Shown piece by piece: positions 1-13,889 of a DNA stretch of 53,441 bases. The DNA comes from Girardia tigrina. Its lineage: Eukaryota. The stretch lies in the NCBI GenBank assembly GCA_001938485.1, contig MQRK01178215.1:1-53441 (forward strand), written 5' to 3'. Position 1 is the stretch's first letter, and each line of letters starts with the position of its first letter. Position numbers and translations under genes: made by a program. The notes under the pieces were generated by a model. It worked only from the letters and a program-made list of their open reading frames with translations, had not been told where the DNA came from and ran no database searches.

Positions 1-1177
1 AAAAGTATCAATTAGCACATTTGAACACTGTGCAGACACTGCTCAATCATTTGAGTAAAGTCGCGTTTGAGACGAATAATTTTATTCTGTTACTATAAAT
101 AGAATTTGTCAGCGTCCAATATAAGAATTACTAAATTTCATTTTGAAATAAAGCAATTTCAGAATTGTTTGTTACTACTGTAGAAAAGTAAAGCAAAGAA
201 ATACTTTTTATCAAATTCAATATCACTTAAACGTAAATANNNNNNNNNNNNNNNNNNNNNNNNNNNNNNNNNNNNNNNNNNNNNNNNNNNNNNNNNNNNN
301 NNNNNNNNNNNNNNNNNNNNNNNNNNNNNNNNNNNNNNNNNNNNNNNNNNNNNNNNNNNNNNNNNNNNNNNNNNNNNNNNNNNNNNNNNNNNNNNNNNNN
401 NNNNNNNNNNNNNNNNNNNNNNNNNNNNNNNNNNNNNNNNNNNNNNNNNNNNNNNNNNNNNNNNNNNNNNNNNNNNNNNNNNNNNNNNNNNNNNNNNNNN
501 NNNNNNNNNNNNNNNNNNNNNNNNNNNNNNNNNNNNNNNNNNNNNNNNNNNNNNNNNNNNNNNNNNNNNNNNNNNNNNNNNNNNNNNNNNNNNNNNNNNN
601 NNNNNNNNNNNNNNNNNNNNNNNNNNNNNNNNNNNNNNNNNNNNNNNNNNNNNNNNNNNNNNNNNNNNNNNNNNNNNNNNNNNNNNNNNNNNNNNNNNNN
701 NNNNNNNNNNNNNNNNNNNNNNNNNNNNNNNNNNNNNNNNNNNNNNNNNNNNNNNNNNNNNNNNNNNNNNNNNNNNNNNNNNNNNNNNNNNNNNNNNNNN
801 NNNNNNNNNNNNNNNNNNNNNNNNNNNNNNNNNNNNNNNNNNNNNNNNNNNNNNNNNNNNNNNNNNNNNNNNNNNNNNNNNNNNNNNNNNNNNNNNNNNN
901 NNNNNNNNNNNNNNNNNNNNNNNNNNNNNNNNNNNNNNNNNNNNNNNNNNNNNNNNNNNNNNNNNNNNNNNNNNNNNNNNNNNNNNNNNNNNNNNNNNNN
1001 NNNNNNNNNNNNNNNNNNNNNNNNNNNNNNNNNNNNNNNNNNNNNNNNNNNNNNNNNNNNNNNNNNNNNNNNNNNNNNNNNNNNNNNNNNNNNNNNNNNN
1101 NNNNNNNNNNNNNNNNNNNNNNNNNNNNNNNNNNNNNNNNNNNNNNNNNNNNNNNNNNNNNNNNNNNNNNNNNNNNG

Positions 1178-1296
1178 TTGTGTGTCGAATGCCCATTTTC
1201 CCCCTACTGTTGAGATTTTGAGACACGTTGTGACAGAGAGTGGGAGGGGTTTAAAAAAGTCTTTTTTTTCGTGTGACATAATTTATGAACTATACA
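1178..1296. mobile_element. possible terminus of a DNA transposon/MITE (PIF/Harbinger-like end), rest hidden by N gap
   Basis: ...gggaggggttaaaaaag...gtgtgacataatttatgaac resembles Harbinger-type subterminal/TIR sequence; partner end not visible. Confidence 0.25.
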
Positions 1297-2316
1297 AATA
1301 TTTAAAAACGTATATTTTAATATACATAATTGTACATTTACAATTGTGTTTTTAATGATCTAAAATATGTAGTATTTTTTAAATTTTTATTCTTAAAAAT
1401 ATGTAATTGTTACCGACTTAATCTTGGTAGTTCGTTATGCAACTATTATATTCGTATAAATAACAGAAATTCATAATCGATGATAATAAGCAATTAGAAG
1501 GAAGTTTTCGATATTGTAAATGACCGTCAAAACGGATTTTGTTGGGGCTCGGAATCGCCATTATTCTCGGAAATTTTCCAATATTACAAGAAATTGAGTG
1601 AAAGAAAAAAGTGATTAATGTGACAAAATTCATTTACAAAAACACCCTACAATTTGAAGATCCAAACAATAAAAGAAATTCGATAATAAAAACGATTATT
1701 TAAACAAAATGTCATTTTGTTCAAAATTCGGTTATTTTAATTGTTTCATTGTTTGTACAATTTTTTAACATCTCATTATGAAATGGACATCAGAATTTAG
1801 GAATTATATTTATATAATAATGTAAATAGAAAATTGAAAAGCTATGATCTCGGAAGGCCCGGAAATCTATTTCTTCAACTTCGTACCGAGACAAAGGGAT
1901 TGGTGAAACCACTGATAGTGTTTTTAAAGACTTTTTTACTGAAATCATCTATGAACTACCTCAACACTTTCCCTTTTATCAGCTACTTCCACAATGGCCT
2001 TGAAATATTGTTAGATCATCAATTTAAAAACTTACCCTTCCTCAATCTAATGCAAAGAGAAATATTGTTAATTAAATTTCAATGACCTTTTTAAAATCGA
2101 TTAAAGTAAGAATATGATCCAAATCAAACATGGCCCCGTTCCGTAAATCTAAATGCAATAACCTGAGCCATTGAAGAACAAATGAATAAAAAACCGAAAA
2201 TTGGTGTAATGAACGAGTTACTATTGCAGCTATGTCCAATATCTAACTCTGCTGAACACTGATGAGATATATCTACTAGTTGTATCGACCAGATTGTTCA
2301 ATGTATTTTAGATCAG

Positions 2317-2526
2317 GTGGCCAATAATTTCGACCATTTGATTTGGTGGTGTAATCACGAATCTAGAACTGTCTTCATTTGCAGAGATTTTCTTTCAGTT
2401 TCTGCAACTAGTGGGTCATCAGAGAGAATTTTCTTAACTGCAAGAAAAATTGTTACAGCCATTAGAATTTATCTTAATCTAGGAGCAGTGGAAATCCTGA
2501 CATTTCTGCATTGCGTCGAGTGGTGA
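2317..2526 (+). pseudogene. hAT transposase C-terminal dimerisation domain remnant
   Basis: WW..H....RDFLSVSATSGSSERIFLTARKIVT matches the hAT dimerisation motif (A.S..SERxFS). Confidence 0.7.
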
Positions 2527-4385
2527 AAGTTAAAAAGAAATTAACCACTTAACGTACGTGCCCGAATTCAGTTCGGGTATGCAAAAGTGGCAAATTTGCG
2601 AATGCCCGAACCCATGTCGGACATTTATATTTTTAATGTTCCGCATTAATTTTTCAGGAAACGAATTCGTTGTTTGAACTAAACTGTATATGTTTACAAT
2701 TGTTGAATAAAAAATACGATGATTTTTACCACTAAATTCTAAAATAATAGGTGATTTAAGTAGTTAAACAATAATTATTAAATGTATTCAATAAATTGTA
2801 TTTTGCAATAAATAATTTGTCTATAAATCTTAATATTTCTTTAAGAGATTTTTTTATACTTTTTACCCGTGGCTCGGATAAAATTTGTATCGATGAACCG
2901 GTGCGGAAGATATAAGAAATCGAACATTCGTAAAGGAATACATTTTACCAAATTTTATATTTTCAAAGGATTTTTAACAATTGAAAATATATTTTGTGAT
3001 ACTTTACCATGCAGTATCATCTGCTTTTATCAACCTTGATTTAAGTTAACAAAATTTAAATGTTCATTATACATTATTCATTGGACATTATACGTCCCAA
3101 AACTATAACTTAATTAATTAAAAATTGTTTTAATAATAAATATTATTCAATTAATAGTAAATAATTAATTAATATTTATTAATAAGAAAGTAAAGACCTA
3201 TCAATACCATTTAAACAGTGCAATACGAATTATTTCACTACTAATAAAAAACCATTGTAACAAAAAATTGATTAGTAATAATAATTAATTACTATTTGTC
3301 ATTAATTAAAACTAATTTTGAAGGAAAATTTGTTTTTTTATTATCTAAGAAAAAGTAATTAAATAATTAATATTTATTAATATATAAATGCTTATACTGT
3401 ACAAATATTTACTAAATGTATAAAAAACATTTCAAATACATTCAAGAATCGTGCATATTGATAAATTGTTGTCTGTTGATTAAAATTCTTCTTTAAAATC
3501 AGAACAAAACATTTAAATTGATTCTAAATAGAATTTCATCAACAGCACAATATTACACATTTGCATGTAGAAGTATGCATAATAATGAGAGAAAATAACA
3601 AAATCATTTCAAACATTTCTCTCAATATTCTGATAAAAATATTAGTTTTTAATTAATATGTTTTTAAATTTTCATTCTTTCATTTTATAATAAATAATAT
3701 TTAAAATATATAATATAATTATAAATTATAAAAATTAATTTATGTTAATGATGAAACTTTCTAAAATTTTTGTTGGAGCAGCGGTTTTTTAAAATCAAGA
3801 TATGACCAAGCCTGATTATTATTATCCATTAAAATTTTAAATTAAAAAAAATATTAATATTTTAATTTTATAATATATTTTATTTTTTGTCACAATAAAA
3901 TAAAATAATTTTCAATTATCTAAGATTTTTTTTATAAAAAAAATTCTGAAAGGAAATTCAGTGACATTTAAAAATTAAATACGTTGATTAATATTTGAAT
4001 TGACTGTTTAATTTTCAGCCCCAATGGATTACCTGATTAGTTTCCACTATAAGCGAGTCGTACAATTTCCATATATAATCGTTTCCCGACCGCGCGATCG
4101 GCTGTTTGATGTCGCAGTTCTTTCTCGTCGGATAAATCGGTTCGGGATTCGTATTGTTTCGCTTAATAGACGTAATTCGCGATATCATCTGTTTTAGAAA
4201 AAAAATAATAAAATAAAATCATTGTTTCAAATTACAAATAAAAAAATTAAGAATTATTTATAAATATTTTGAAAATTAATTATTTTATTTATTGTTATCA
4301 TGAATCTACATTGAAGTATCATACAAATTATAATTTTCAATTATATCAAAACGAATTTTAATTCTTAAGAAAACTACATTATTAG

Positions 4386-5560
4386 GTGTACACAAAGGTT
4401 CTTGTCGTTTTTAGACAAATTTTTTATGTCAAAGAAAATCCCATGAAACAGCTAATATACTTATTCAAAATAGTCTCCATTTTGCAGCAAATTCGGTGGA
4501 TCTCTCTTACGTTATTAGGTGGTTGTAGGTCTAAGATATATTGGATCTTACCGCGAATTGGGCTAAGAATGTTTTCACTGATGGTGTGTCCCAAAAAATC
4601 CACACTACCTAAAAAGAAAAAACATTTCTTCAAATTTATTTTTAGGTTTTGCTTATCTAAGATTTCAATTCTTCAATTATATGATTTTCATGATCTTCGA
4701 TACATCTAGATCCTATCAAAATGTCGTCTAAATAAACTACAACATGTTTTGAATTTCGAAAAAGTTGGTCCATGTCTCGTTGGAACAAAGCGGCCGCATT
4801 CTTCAAACCAAAAGGCATACGAATAAACTCGAAGAATCCAAAAGGAGTAGTAACCGCCGTCTTACAATTGTCTTCTTCTGACATAGGAATTTGATAGTAC
4901 GCTTGAATCAAATCAATTTTACTGAAGAATTTAGCGTCTGCCAGTCGAGTAGTGACATCTTTTATTAAAGTAAGAGGATATTCGTCCCTCAAAGTTATCG
5001 CGTTAAGCCTACGATAGTCCCCACAACAACGCCAGTCATCATTTGGTTTTTTTTCATAAGTAATGCTGAAGACCAATGGAAAGATGAACATCTTACAATT
5101 TTTCGGGCTTCCAAGTTTCGAAAGATTTCTTTGCCGGCTTCAAGTTTAACTGGTGGTAAACATAGAATCCGAGAATGAACCGGTAAACCATTCGTAATAA
5201 TATTGTGAGCAACACAACTGGAACCTTCTAAGTCAGTAAACAGGTTGAATACCTTTGGGAAGGTTGACAAGAGTCGTTCAACAAAAACTTTGTTAGTGGT
5301 TATTTTATCTAAATCAATCTTTAATTCGTTGGCCACTCCGATAGAATACTCAGAAATATTACTAGTTAGTACTTCATTCATGGAAACCAAGTTGATAGAA
5401 TGATTAACAGTATCGGAAGTGATCGTGAAAGAATGAAGATCCGCTAGAGTTTTTTGAGTGGAATTTTTTTTTAATTTTCTAGAATTAAAGAAAACGTAGC
5501 TTCTAGTGGGAGTTTTTTTATTTCTAATCTGGAGACAAAAATTATTAGTAACTCCGTTAT
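4386..5560 (-). mobile_element. Ty3/Gypsy pol fragment (RT), frameshifted
   Basis: WRCCGDYRRLN, FSKIDLIQAYYQIPM, MPFGLKNA, YLDD, KC.F....VDFLGH in consecutive broken ORFs 4995-5747, 4657-5091, 4424-4633. Confidence 0.9.
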
Positions 5561-6368
5561 TTTGAATCGCAGGCTGCAATTCGCGTAACTTTTTTATTCC
5601 ACAACGCAACCGCTGATGGATATCCCGACTGCAGCTACCACATGTGGTCAATATACTACCTAGGAAACAGAACTCGCTCACCCATTCTATGACTTTGTCA
5701 CCACACATCACTTGCGATATTCCAGTCCCCGAGTCATCAGTTCGCACATGACTTTCGTCTTAGATGCACTAATGGTCAACCCAAATTGTGAAAATGTGCT
5801 TTTAAGTATATCAAGGTTTTTACATGCACGATCAATATCAGAGTCGATGATATATAGATCATGCGCATAAGCAAGTCTATTGACTTGAAATTCGTCCCCA
5901 TGGTCGTCGATCAGGGTAATTCCTCCCCTGAATCCTTTCAGTATCGAAGAACAAGTTAAAAAGACAAGATCACATCACACATCCCTGTCTGACACCTCTT
6001 TCCATGAGAAACTCAAAATCTTTCATAGAGGCAATAAAGCTTATATGGAATTCCTTGATCAGGTAGATAATCTTGTCAGTCAAGCCGAATCTTTTTAGGC
6101 AGGCCCCCAGAACTTCACGTGAGACACTATCAAATGCCTTTTCCAAATCGGTGAATAACACAAATACCTTCTGGTTCTTATACCGACCTTCTTCCGGTAT
6201 CCGTCTGAGTTTCCCATAGCTTGCATAGTACTGCCAAGTGTATAACCTTTCTTCCATCACCGGCGTCATTCTATTTACAATTATTCGTGCAAAAACCTTT
6301 TTCGGTGACTTCCAAGAGGAAAATTCCAATATAATTATGTGGATCCAGACCTTGCACCCTTTCCCTTT
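5560..6368 (-). mobile_element. RTE-like LINE RT fragment (decayed), same lineage as 13.9-16.6 kb
   Basis: FKGKG..DPHNYIGIFLLEV, FTDLEKAFDSVSRE, GVRQGCV, LAYA(H)DL, EWVSEFCFLGS; a further 18-bp piece (VVTLLKG) lies beyond the short-element insertion at ~6713-6731. Confidence 0.85.
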
Positions 6369-6712
6369 GAATCTCACATCCTATAAAGGTATTAAGCCCG
6401 AGGCTTTTTAGGAGGGCTGAGACGTTTATGGCTTCAACGGGCACTCCCCCAATGTTGGGATCCATGCCTTAGTTCCACCGGCGAACCGGCTTCACACTCG
6501 ATTGTAAGATCACTACTCCACTTCAATCATGACACTCAGGACGGAATGCGAAGACTAGCCCATACGGATCGCAAGTTCGTAGTTGCTACGATATTCTGTC
6601 GGCTCAGATATCGGCTAGCTTTTGGGCACTTTAGCCTAGAGACCGAGATCTCTAGTTTCTCAGGGATACTACGTTGAAGTATGCTCACTGGCAGCACAGA
6701 CGATCCCTTTCC
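6369..6712 (-). mobile_element. short non-autonomous retroelement (SINE/SIDE-like), copy A: 5' HDV-like ribozyme plus LINE-like 3' hairpin
   Basis: The first ~120 nt and last ~110 nt are highly similar to 47341-47752; it interrupts LINE RT coding sequence at the FKGKG codons. Confidence 0.8.
6623..6709 (-). ncRNA. HDV-like ribozyme (slightly decayed copy)
   Basis: P1 AGGGAT/ATCCCT, P2 TGAGCAT/GTGCCCA (1 mismatch), P3 ACT/AGT, L3 TCAACGT, P4 CTAGAGAT/GTCTCTAG, J4/2 GCTAAA. Confidence 0.65.
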
Positions 6713-8277
6713 CTTTAAGAGTGTTACCACTTATATACATATATCATTGACATATATATATACCATTGACGTAATCATCAAGTGTGCGAACAGATTCATC
6801 TCCAATATTATTTGGAATAGCAGATGCTAGATGTTCATTCTTAGCTCCATCTTCCTTAAACTTTTGTTTACTTCGATCATCATCATTCGACTTTGTACTT
6901 TTTTCGAGTGATGTATCAGATTCGCATTTTTTTCTGGTTGTTACGGCGATTGTCACTGGTGACACATATTGTAATGGTGACACATATATTGTGACACATA
7001 CATAAAAAAATAAAAATGTACATTTACATTTATATTCATATTTATATTTATATTTACATTTATATTTATATTTATTTATTATGAACCATATTTTTATATT
7101 AACATTTTTATATTTGTATTTTCAAAGATATTCAATATTTATAACAAAAGATACTATATGTATAATTAAAAAACATAATAAAATATAAACTATTTGTTAT
7201 TTTTGTTAAGCGATACTTGTTACTAAGAAGCCTTTGAAGTCATATTTAATCTCGAGTTACAATCTCTATTTCTAAAGGAGTCGTATTTCACTGATTAAAT
7301 GTAAAACAAAAGTCATACAAAAAATTAATTCTTTTTGATATAACTAATGAACCATAAATTAGTTTTAAAGACATTTTAATAAATAATATCGCAATATTTT
7401 AACCAAAATAGAACACACAAAGACAATGAATACAGAATTATTAGAAGAACCACTATAAATATTATTTTTGTACTAGTAAGAACTTTTTGATTTATATTTA
7501 CAAAATTTAAATTATATTTTTTACTTCTCTTTATGTTAATTAAAGACTTATTGGTTTAATACAGTCTTATTTTATCTATTTGTCAGCTTTACTGACAATA
7601 AAATTTAATATAATTTTTTATTATATTTTAAGAAAAATAAGAAAAATCCCCAAATATAAATAAAATAATATTAAAAAAATTGATTTCATGTATTTTTATT
7701 TCACTTTTCCTTTGTTTTTTGAATAAATATAATTTTGTTCAGACACTTCCAAGCTATACGAGATCAGTATTCCAATATTTATGCATTTGAATAATAAAAT
7801 GTAAGGTAATCATTCTTCAACGATCAGATCAAATGTCTTTATCATTAATCCTTGAAGAACAAGGGTTTGGTGACATTTAATAATCGTGACCCTTTATGGG
7901 TGACAGAATTAATTTCGCGTTGGAATTCAATTAATTCAATTTAGAATTAATTTAATTTAGTATTAATTAGAAGTAATTTAAATTTGTGTTTTTTTTAAAT
8001 TTAGTAGATAATTTAAATTACTAAATAATTACTAAACCAATGGAATAAATTTAATTTTGCATTGGAATTCATTTTGAATTAGAATAAATTTTAAAAAAAA
8101 TATTTTTTTTAATTTACTATGTATTTAACTTTAGTATTTTTAAAGCATTTAAAAACATATTTATTGAAAGAATAGAAAAAAGTAAGTTTCTTCTTTAATG
8201 CATAAAAAATTACTATATTTTTGTAGTGTATGAAATTGTCGAGGGCCTACGAAGGGGATCAAAGCTATACAAAGTTG

Positions 8278-9010
8278 GGGGATACTTGAACTTAATATCA
8301 CCGACAATTAAACCATACGACAGTTAATACCGGGAAATTTATACCTCGACATTTTATACCAAATTATTTAAAAAATTAAAATGATTATGTAATTGAATTA
8401 TTATTTTTTTTATTTTAACTTTTATTTTAAATTGAAATTACTTTGAATTACAAACTTTTTTTATCATTATTTTATTTAATTTTCACCCGAACAATTATTT
8501 TAAATTAATACCAAAAATTTAATCCCGTAGAAAAAACAAGAATTTGGAACAGAGAGTGATTAGGAAGTTGATAATACTCTTAGTAATTCAATTAGAAGTT
8601 TACCTGTATTGCCTTGAGGGGGCGTTTAAGAAGTGTTTTTAGAATTGGCTGATTCTATGCTATTGCATGAAAACAGTGCTAGAACATAAAATTAAGAAGA
8701 AGTAGACCCAGCCGAGATGAGACCTATAGACTTTCTATCTTCCCAATAGAATCGTGGAATCATTTTGAAACTGCTTCTGAAGTTTAACTAGAACAACTAA
8801 TAGTATTGAAGGATGGGATTATAGTTTGCAAGTTTTGTTTCAATGTCTTTCACTTAAAGAATATCAGTTAACTGTTTCAATGACTTTTTTATCAGCAAAT
8901 TCTAAAAACGCTTCTTCTAAAATGTCGAGATATTAAATATTGCAGTATTAACTGTCGCTGATATTAAATGTCACAGGGTTTAAGTGTCCGTATATAATAA
9001 ATAATATCCC
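8278..9010 (+). mobile_element. MULE-like deletion derivative
   Basis: Imperfect long inverted termini (cgacagttaatac / gtattaactgtcg; ctcgacatttta / taaaatgtcgag) and an internal RTTNSIEGW motif typical of MULE transposases. Confidence 0.55.
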
Positions 9011-9860
9011 TTACATAAACTAATATTTAAAATATTTAAAAACTTTTCATCAAAAGTATTTAAAATTTCTCAATAATTATTCTCAGTTCTTTTCATTTCT
9101 AATTGATAAAATAAATAACTTTTAGAACAATTTCAAGACTTAGTTCTTTTTGTTTCAAGATCCGGAGTGAATTGCATTTTACTGATCCTAGTTAAATTAA
9201 TTCATGTTGTTCGATATTTGAGATCCTTCGAAACATTTTATTGTTTTAAGCACTGTAACAAAATAAATCGAAATAATGGTGTTACTAGCAAGTAAAACGA
9301 CCATATTTAAGGCCAACAAGAGCGAGTTTTATTATTCATAAGTCTATAAAATTATGTTATATACGGTAGTTATTAACCTTTCAAACTTTAAATTCCCAAA
9401 AACATTAACATAAAAGTACTACTATATTTTGAGTGTTTGATCTAGTATTGTTTGAAAAAAAAATATAAAAAAAATTGAAAAAACGTTTGTTCAAGTAATA
9501 TGTAAAATAACAAGAAAATGACTTATAAACCTTAAACTACATTTGTGAAAGTTAACTGACGTTAACTCTTCACCTGTGAAAGATATGTTAGTTAAATAAT
9601 TTATTAGAAAATATTTTACATACCCTTTGTTAAGAGAACTCACACATTTATATACATTTATTACAATTACAATTTGGATCATCTTTATGGCAATCCGTTT
9701 TAGTTCTTTCTTCAAAGCTTCATACTTTTCATCCCCAAATTTGAACTAACTTGAACTTATATATTCTTTTATAAATATTTACTACAAATGTTATTGGTTA
9801 AAATTAAAATTATTATTTATCATTTAAAAATATTAATTTGATTAAATAATTTAAAAAATA

Positions 9861-12751
9861 TACTACCCAAATTAAATATGTATTCGGACACGTAAAATAA
9901 TTTTTATTAAAAATTTTAAATTATAAATAATATGTACTTATTTGTATTATAGGTGAATTAATTTGATATTTTACGATAATCTAAATACAATTCTAAAATT
10001 ATTTGAAGAAATCAAATAAAAAGTTAACTAATAAAAATTTTATTCGTATTTAAAAATTTGTTCTCAAATTCAAAAGAATTCGGACACTTAATAAAAATTA
10101 TAAAATAAATGTAGGCAATGAATTATTCTAAATTCAATATGGATTATTAGTAAAAACACATGTAGTTATAATTATTTAAATATTTCAGTCGATTAAATTT
10201 TCGTTATTTTTAAAATATGGTTCGAGGAAAAAAGATGCATACGGAAATGCGTGAGAAAATATTTGCCATGCATGTTAAAGGAAAATCAGTAAGGGAAATT
10301 TCAAGAATTTTAGAGGTAAGTAAATCGGCGGTGTTCGATAACATTAAAAAAGCTAAATACCGTCAGAATAACTCATCGCCAAAGAAATCTGGACGACCAA
10401 AGTTAACTTCCGCTACTGATAACCGGTGTTTGAAGAGGTTAATTCCTCAATATCGTCATGCTACTGTTCAAGAAATCAACGGGAAATGGAGTATGCAAAC
10501 ATGCATTTCTTCTTCTCCATTCACTTGTCTACGTCGAATACAGGAATTAAATTATTCATTCTACAAGATAAGATTTTATTAATGAAATTTATGCATTGCG
10601 TAACACTTTTTTAAGGCTAAAAAAAACCGTTTCTGTCACATATTCAAAAGTAAAAGAGATTTGAATGGGCTCTTAATCATAGTAAATGGAGCCAAAATGA
10701 TTGGAATAAAGTTATTTTTTCAGACGAAACTTCTTTTGAATTGTTTATGGGTGTAAATGGAAAATCGGTATTACGGCTTAGTACCGAGTCATTATTATCG
10801 GACTGTTTAAACCGAACTCTGAAATTTCAAGAAAGTGTAATGTATTACGGAAGCGAGCTGATATGGTCAAAGAATCTTACCAATTTGATTAAGCAACCTC
10901 GTAATTAATAAAATAAATAAAAAGAGATACTAACTATTGAACTATAATTATATATATAACAATCAACGGAAAGAGGTTGAGATCAGAAAAGACAGTTATT
11001 TGATCACACGAAGAATAGTATCACAAGAATGTAAAAAATGTCAATAATTTAAAACGGAGAAAAATAGCGGTAATTTTTAAGTCCAATTTCACGAGGAACT
11101 CTTGGATGTCACGTATCGACGTTTTGTCTCGGTCGGGAAATACACTTCTCCGCGGATTATTTTGGTTTGATTTGAAGTTGTGTAGGACAATACGAATTTA
11201 TGGCTCGGTATCGATTGTCTCCGTGCTCGAAAATAATCGAATGAATTAATTAATTCACTGAACGATGAAATCGGCGACGGATGATTAATTTGGTTAAGCA
11301 GAAATTGCCGTTTCAAGTTATCAGATCGGAATATATTATTGTATTTGTAATTAAATTAATTGTGATCGATTTTATCGATCATTTGAATTCATAATTTTGC
11401 CATAGGCAATTATGAATTAAATTATTATTTATTTACCGCGAGCATCGAGAGACGATCTATGTGCTGATTGATGTTTCGTGTTCTAATTGACTTGTCCCAC
11501 CTCACGCATCAATTGATTATAACAGAAATCGAAGCAAATCGCACTGACTATTAATGCGGGCGTTATTGGTAGAGGAACTAACTATTCATGGGCACATATC
11601 TCACATTTCATGAATTATATCACTTCTTATCAATTGAATAAATGTGCTTGCGTTTGATTTTCGATCACTTTCATTTTGTGACGATTATTTGTCTTGATTT
11701 TATTATTTTTTTGGTTGCAAATTTTATCAATTTCGTAAAAGAATAAAAAAATTCTTGTACCCTCTCTTCACTTTCGCAATGTATCTTCTTTATGTTCCTC
11801 TGATATACCAAACAACACAAAAAACATACAAAAGTAAAATAAAATAATAGTTATAAGTCACAAAACTGTCACCGGTCAGAAATAAAAAAAAATTATACAC
11901 ACACAAGGGATTATTTGAGATACAAAAATGACAAAAAAAACAAGTACAAGTTTTTTTAAAGAAATAAAAGAGTATAAATTCAGACTCAATTTTCCGTATG
12001 TACGTCGGTGTGAGATCAATGCCCGCAACATAATGATTTTGGGTTGTATGACAAGCAAAAGACTTGGCTGTCTTCACTTTATAGAGGGCACAATGAACTC
12101 TACAAAGTATACCGAGATATTAAGGGAAAGTCTCATCCCATCTATTACACAATATTTTGTCAATGGAGATTTCATTTTTCAACAAGATGGAGAATCTTGT
12201 CATACTTCTAAATTTACAAAAACTTGGATGATGAAAAATAATATGCCCTTCTCGACGTGGCTTTCAGGAAGCCCAGATTTAAGTCCTATAGAGAATGTTT
12301 GGGCAATTATGAAAAAGGAATTACGAAAAAAAGTCATAAAAATAAAATTAATTTGAAAAATAAAATTTTAGCAATATGGAATAGTTTTCCCATCGATAAA
12401 TGTCAGGATTTATACAATTCAATGAATAGAAGAGTGGAAGATGTCATAAAAGCAAAGGGCGATGTTACAAGATTTTAAATAGTAGGTGTCCGAATTCTTT
12501 TGAATTTGAGAACAAATTTTTAAATGCGAATAAAATTTTTTTTAGTTAACTTTTTATTTGATTTCTTCAAATTATTTTAGAGTTGTATTTAGATTATTGT
12601 GAAATATCAAATTAATTCATCTATAATACAAATATGTTCATATTATTTATAATTTAAAATTTTTAATAAAAATTATTTTACGTGTTTTAATAATAAATTT
12701 TTAATAAGAATTATTTTGCGTGTTTTAATACATATGAATTTTGGTAGTATA
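9861..12751 (+). mobile_element. Tc1-family (DD34E) transposon with ~230-bp TIRs, interrupted by a TG..CA-like insert
   Basis: 9861-10090 is inverted at 12485-12751; HTH ORF 10217-10582 (SGRPK), VIFSDET, FQQDG..CHTS, SPDLSPIENVW; probable decayed ~47-nt intron at ~10568-10614. Confidence 0.92.
10843..12030. mobile_element. 1188-bp solo-LTR-like insertion with 5-bp TSD TAATG
   Basis: TAATG at 10838-10842 and 12031-12035; ends TATTACGG...CCGCAACA; removing it rejoins the Tc1 ESVMIxGCM motif. Confidence 0.8.
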
Positions 12752-12949
12752 ATTAAAATTAATAAAATCATTTAAAATTTACTGTTACAATAAATTTAAA
12801 CAAATTTTAATATTTAATCTAAATTTGAATAAATTAGTTTCAGATTATAAGAATTCAAATATGAATCATCCATCTGATTCTGAGAGACACAATCAAAATC
12901 AACACACATTTAAACACAAAACATCAACATTTCAAATAATCCTCACATT

Positions 12950-13885
12950 CTACTTGCTAAAGGAAAGTACAATTTGATTAACTGCAAATCAACTTTGAGG
13001 TTTACCACATCAAAATTCAGCGAAAATCTTTAATTAAGCTGTAATATCATCCGTGAAAGTTGTAAAGATATTGCCGCAGTATCACCCTATAAAATAAAAG
13101 ACATTTATCTGGATATATAAAGTTTTAAGTTCCAAAATGAAGATTGAATTATCAGTACAAAGTTTTCGATATCAAAATTTTGGTCGTCAGTGGAACAGGT
13201 GCTCTTTTTGTTTGCACTTCTGAGTAATAAAATACTTTAGTTCTTTTAAAATTATTCCGTGTTCATTAATCATCCAAAAGCCCTTTGGTAAGCTTGTTTG
13301 TCTCAACCTCAGCAATGTAGTCCATTAGAACTTTCAGTACTTTCTAAAACTAAAAAATAATTTCCTTGTTAAAAAAGATGAATTTTACAAGACATCGACT
13401 TGAACTATGTTAAAAGCATAATCCAGTTTTTGGTTATTCCTTACACTTAAAAAATTAAATATATAAAAATGATTTTTTGTGATTAAAGACATTTGAATCT
13501 TGATTTTTTGGTGAATTAATAAAATCAAAATTAATAAAGGTCTTTACTTTCGGAGCTGGGTCATGAAAACCTTTTGTGTTTAGTATGACTGCCTTCTATT
13601 TGAAATTTTATAATATTAAAACAGAAATTAATTTTATTTCTTCTAAAAATTAAATCTCCTTTCTTCAAAAGATTAAATTTTTCCGTTTTTATAATCAGTG
13701 ATTGATTGAAATTTAAGTAAAGAAAACACTTAATATCAACCTCATTTAGAAAAATCTTCAAAATCAAAAACCGTATTTTGAACGAAGATGAGGCAGTAAT
13801 GTTTAACAAGAAGGTCATATGGTATAGCTGCAAAGTTTGCAACTTTCCTACGGTTAATAAATGATATTTTAAAAGACATTCTTAA
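12950..13885 (-). pseudogene. very degenerate LINE remnant (APE endonuclease-like N-terminus, possible RT scraps)
   Basis: Manual translation gives MSFKISFIN....DLL..YCLIFVQ, KGDL, KLDYAF and FTDD in broken frames. Confidence 0.3.
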
Positions 13886-13889
13886 AGTC

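Noticed and set aside
159-1279. Long ORFs spanning N runs (also 24879-25767, 25855-26628)
   Set aside because: Their length is an artefact of translating gaps as X.
2542-2625. piggyBac-like left end (TTAACCACTTAACG...)
   Set aside because: No matching right TIR or transposase found in the window.
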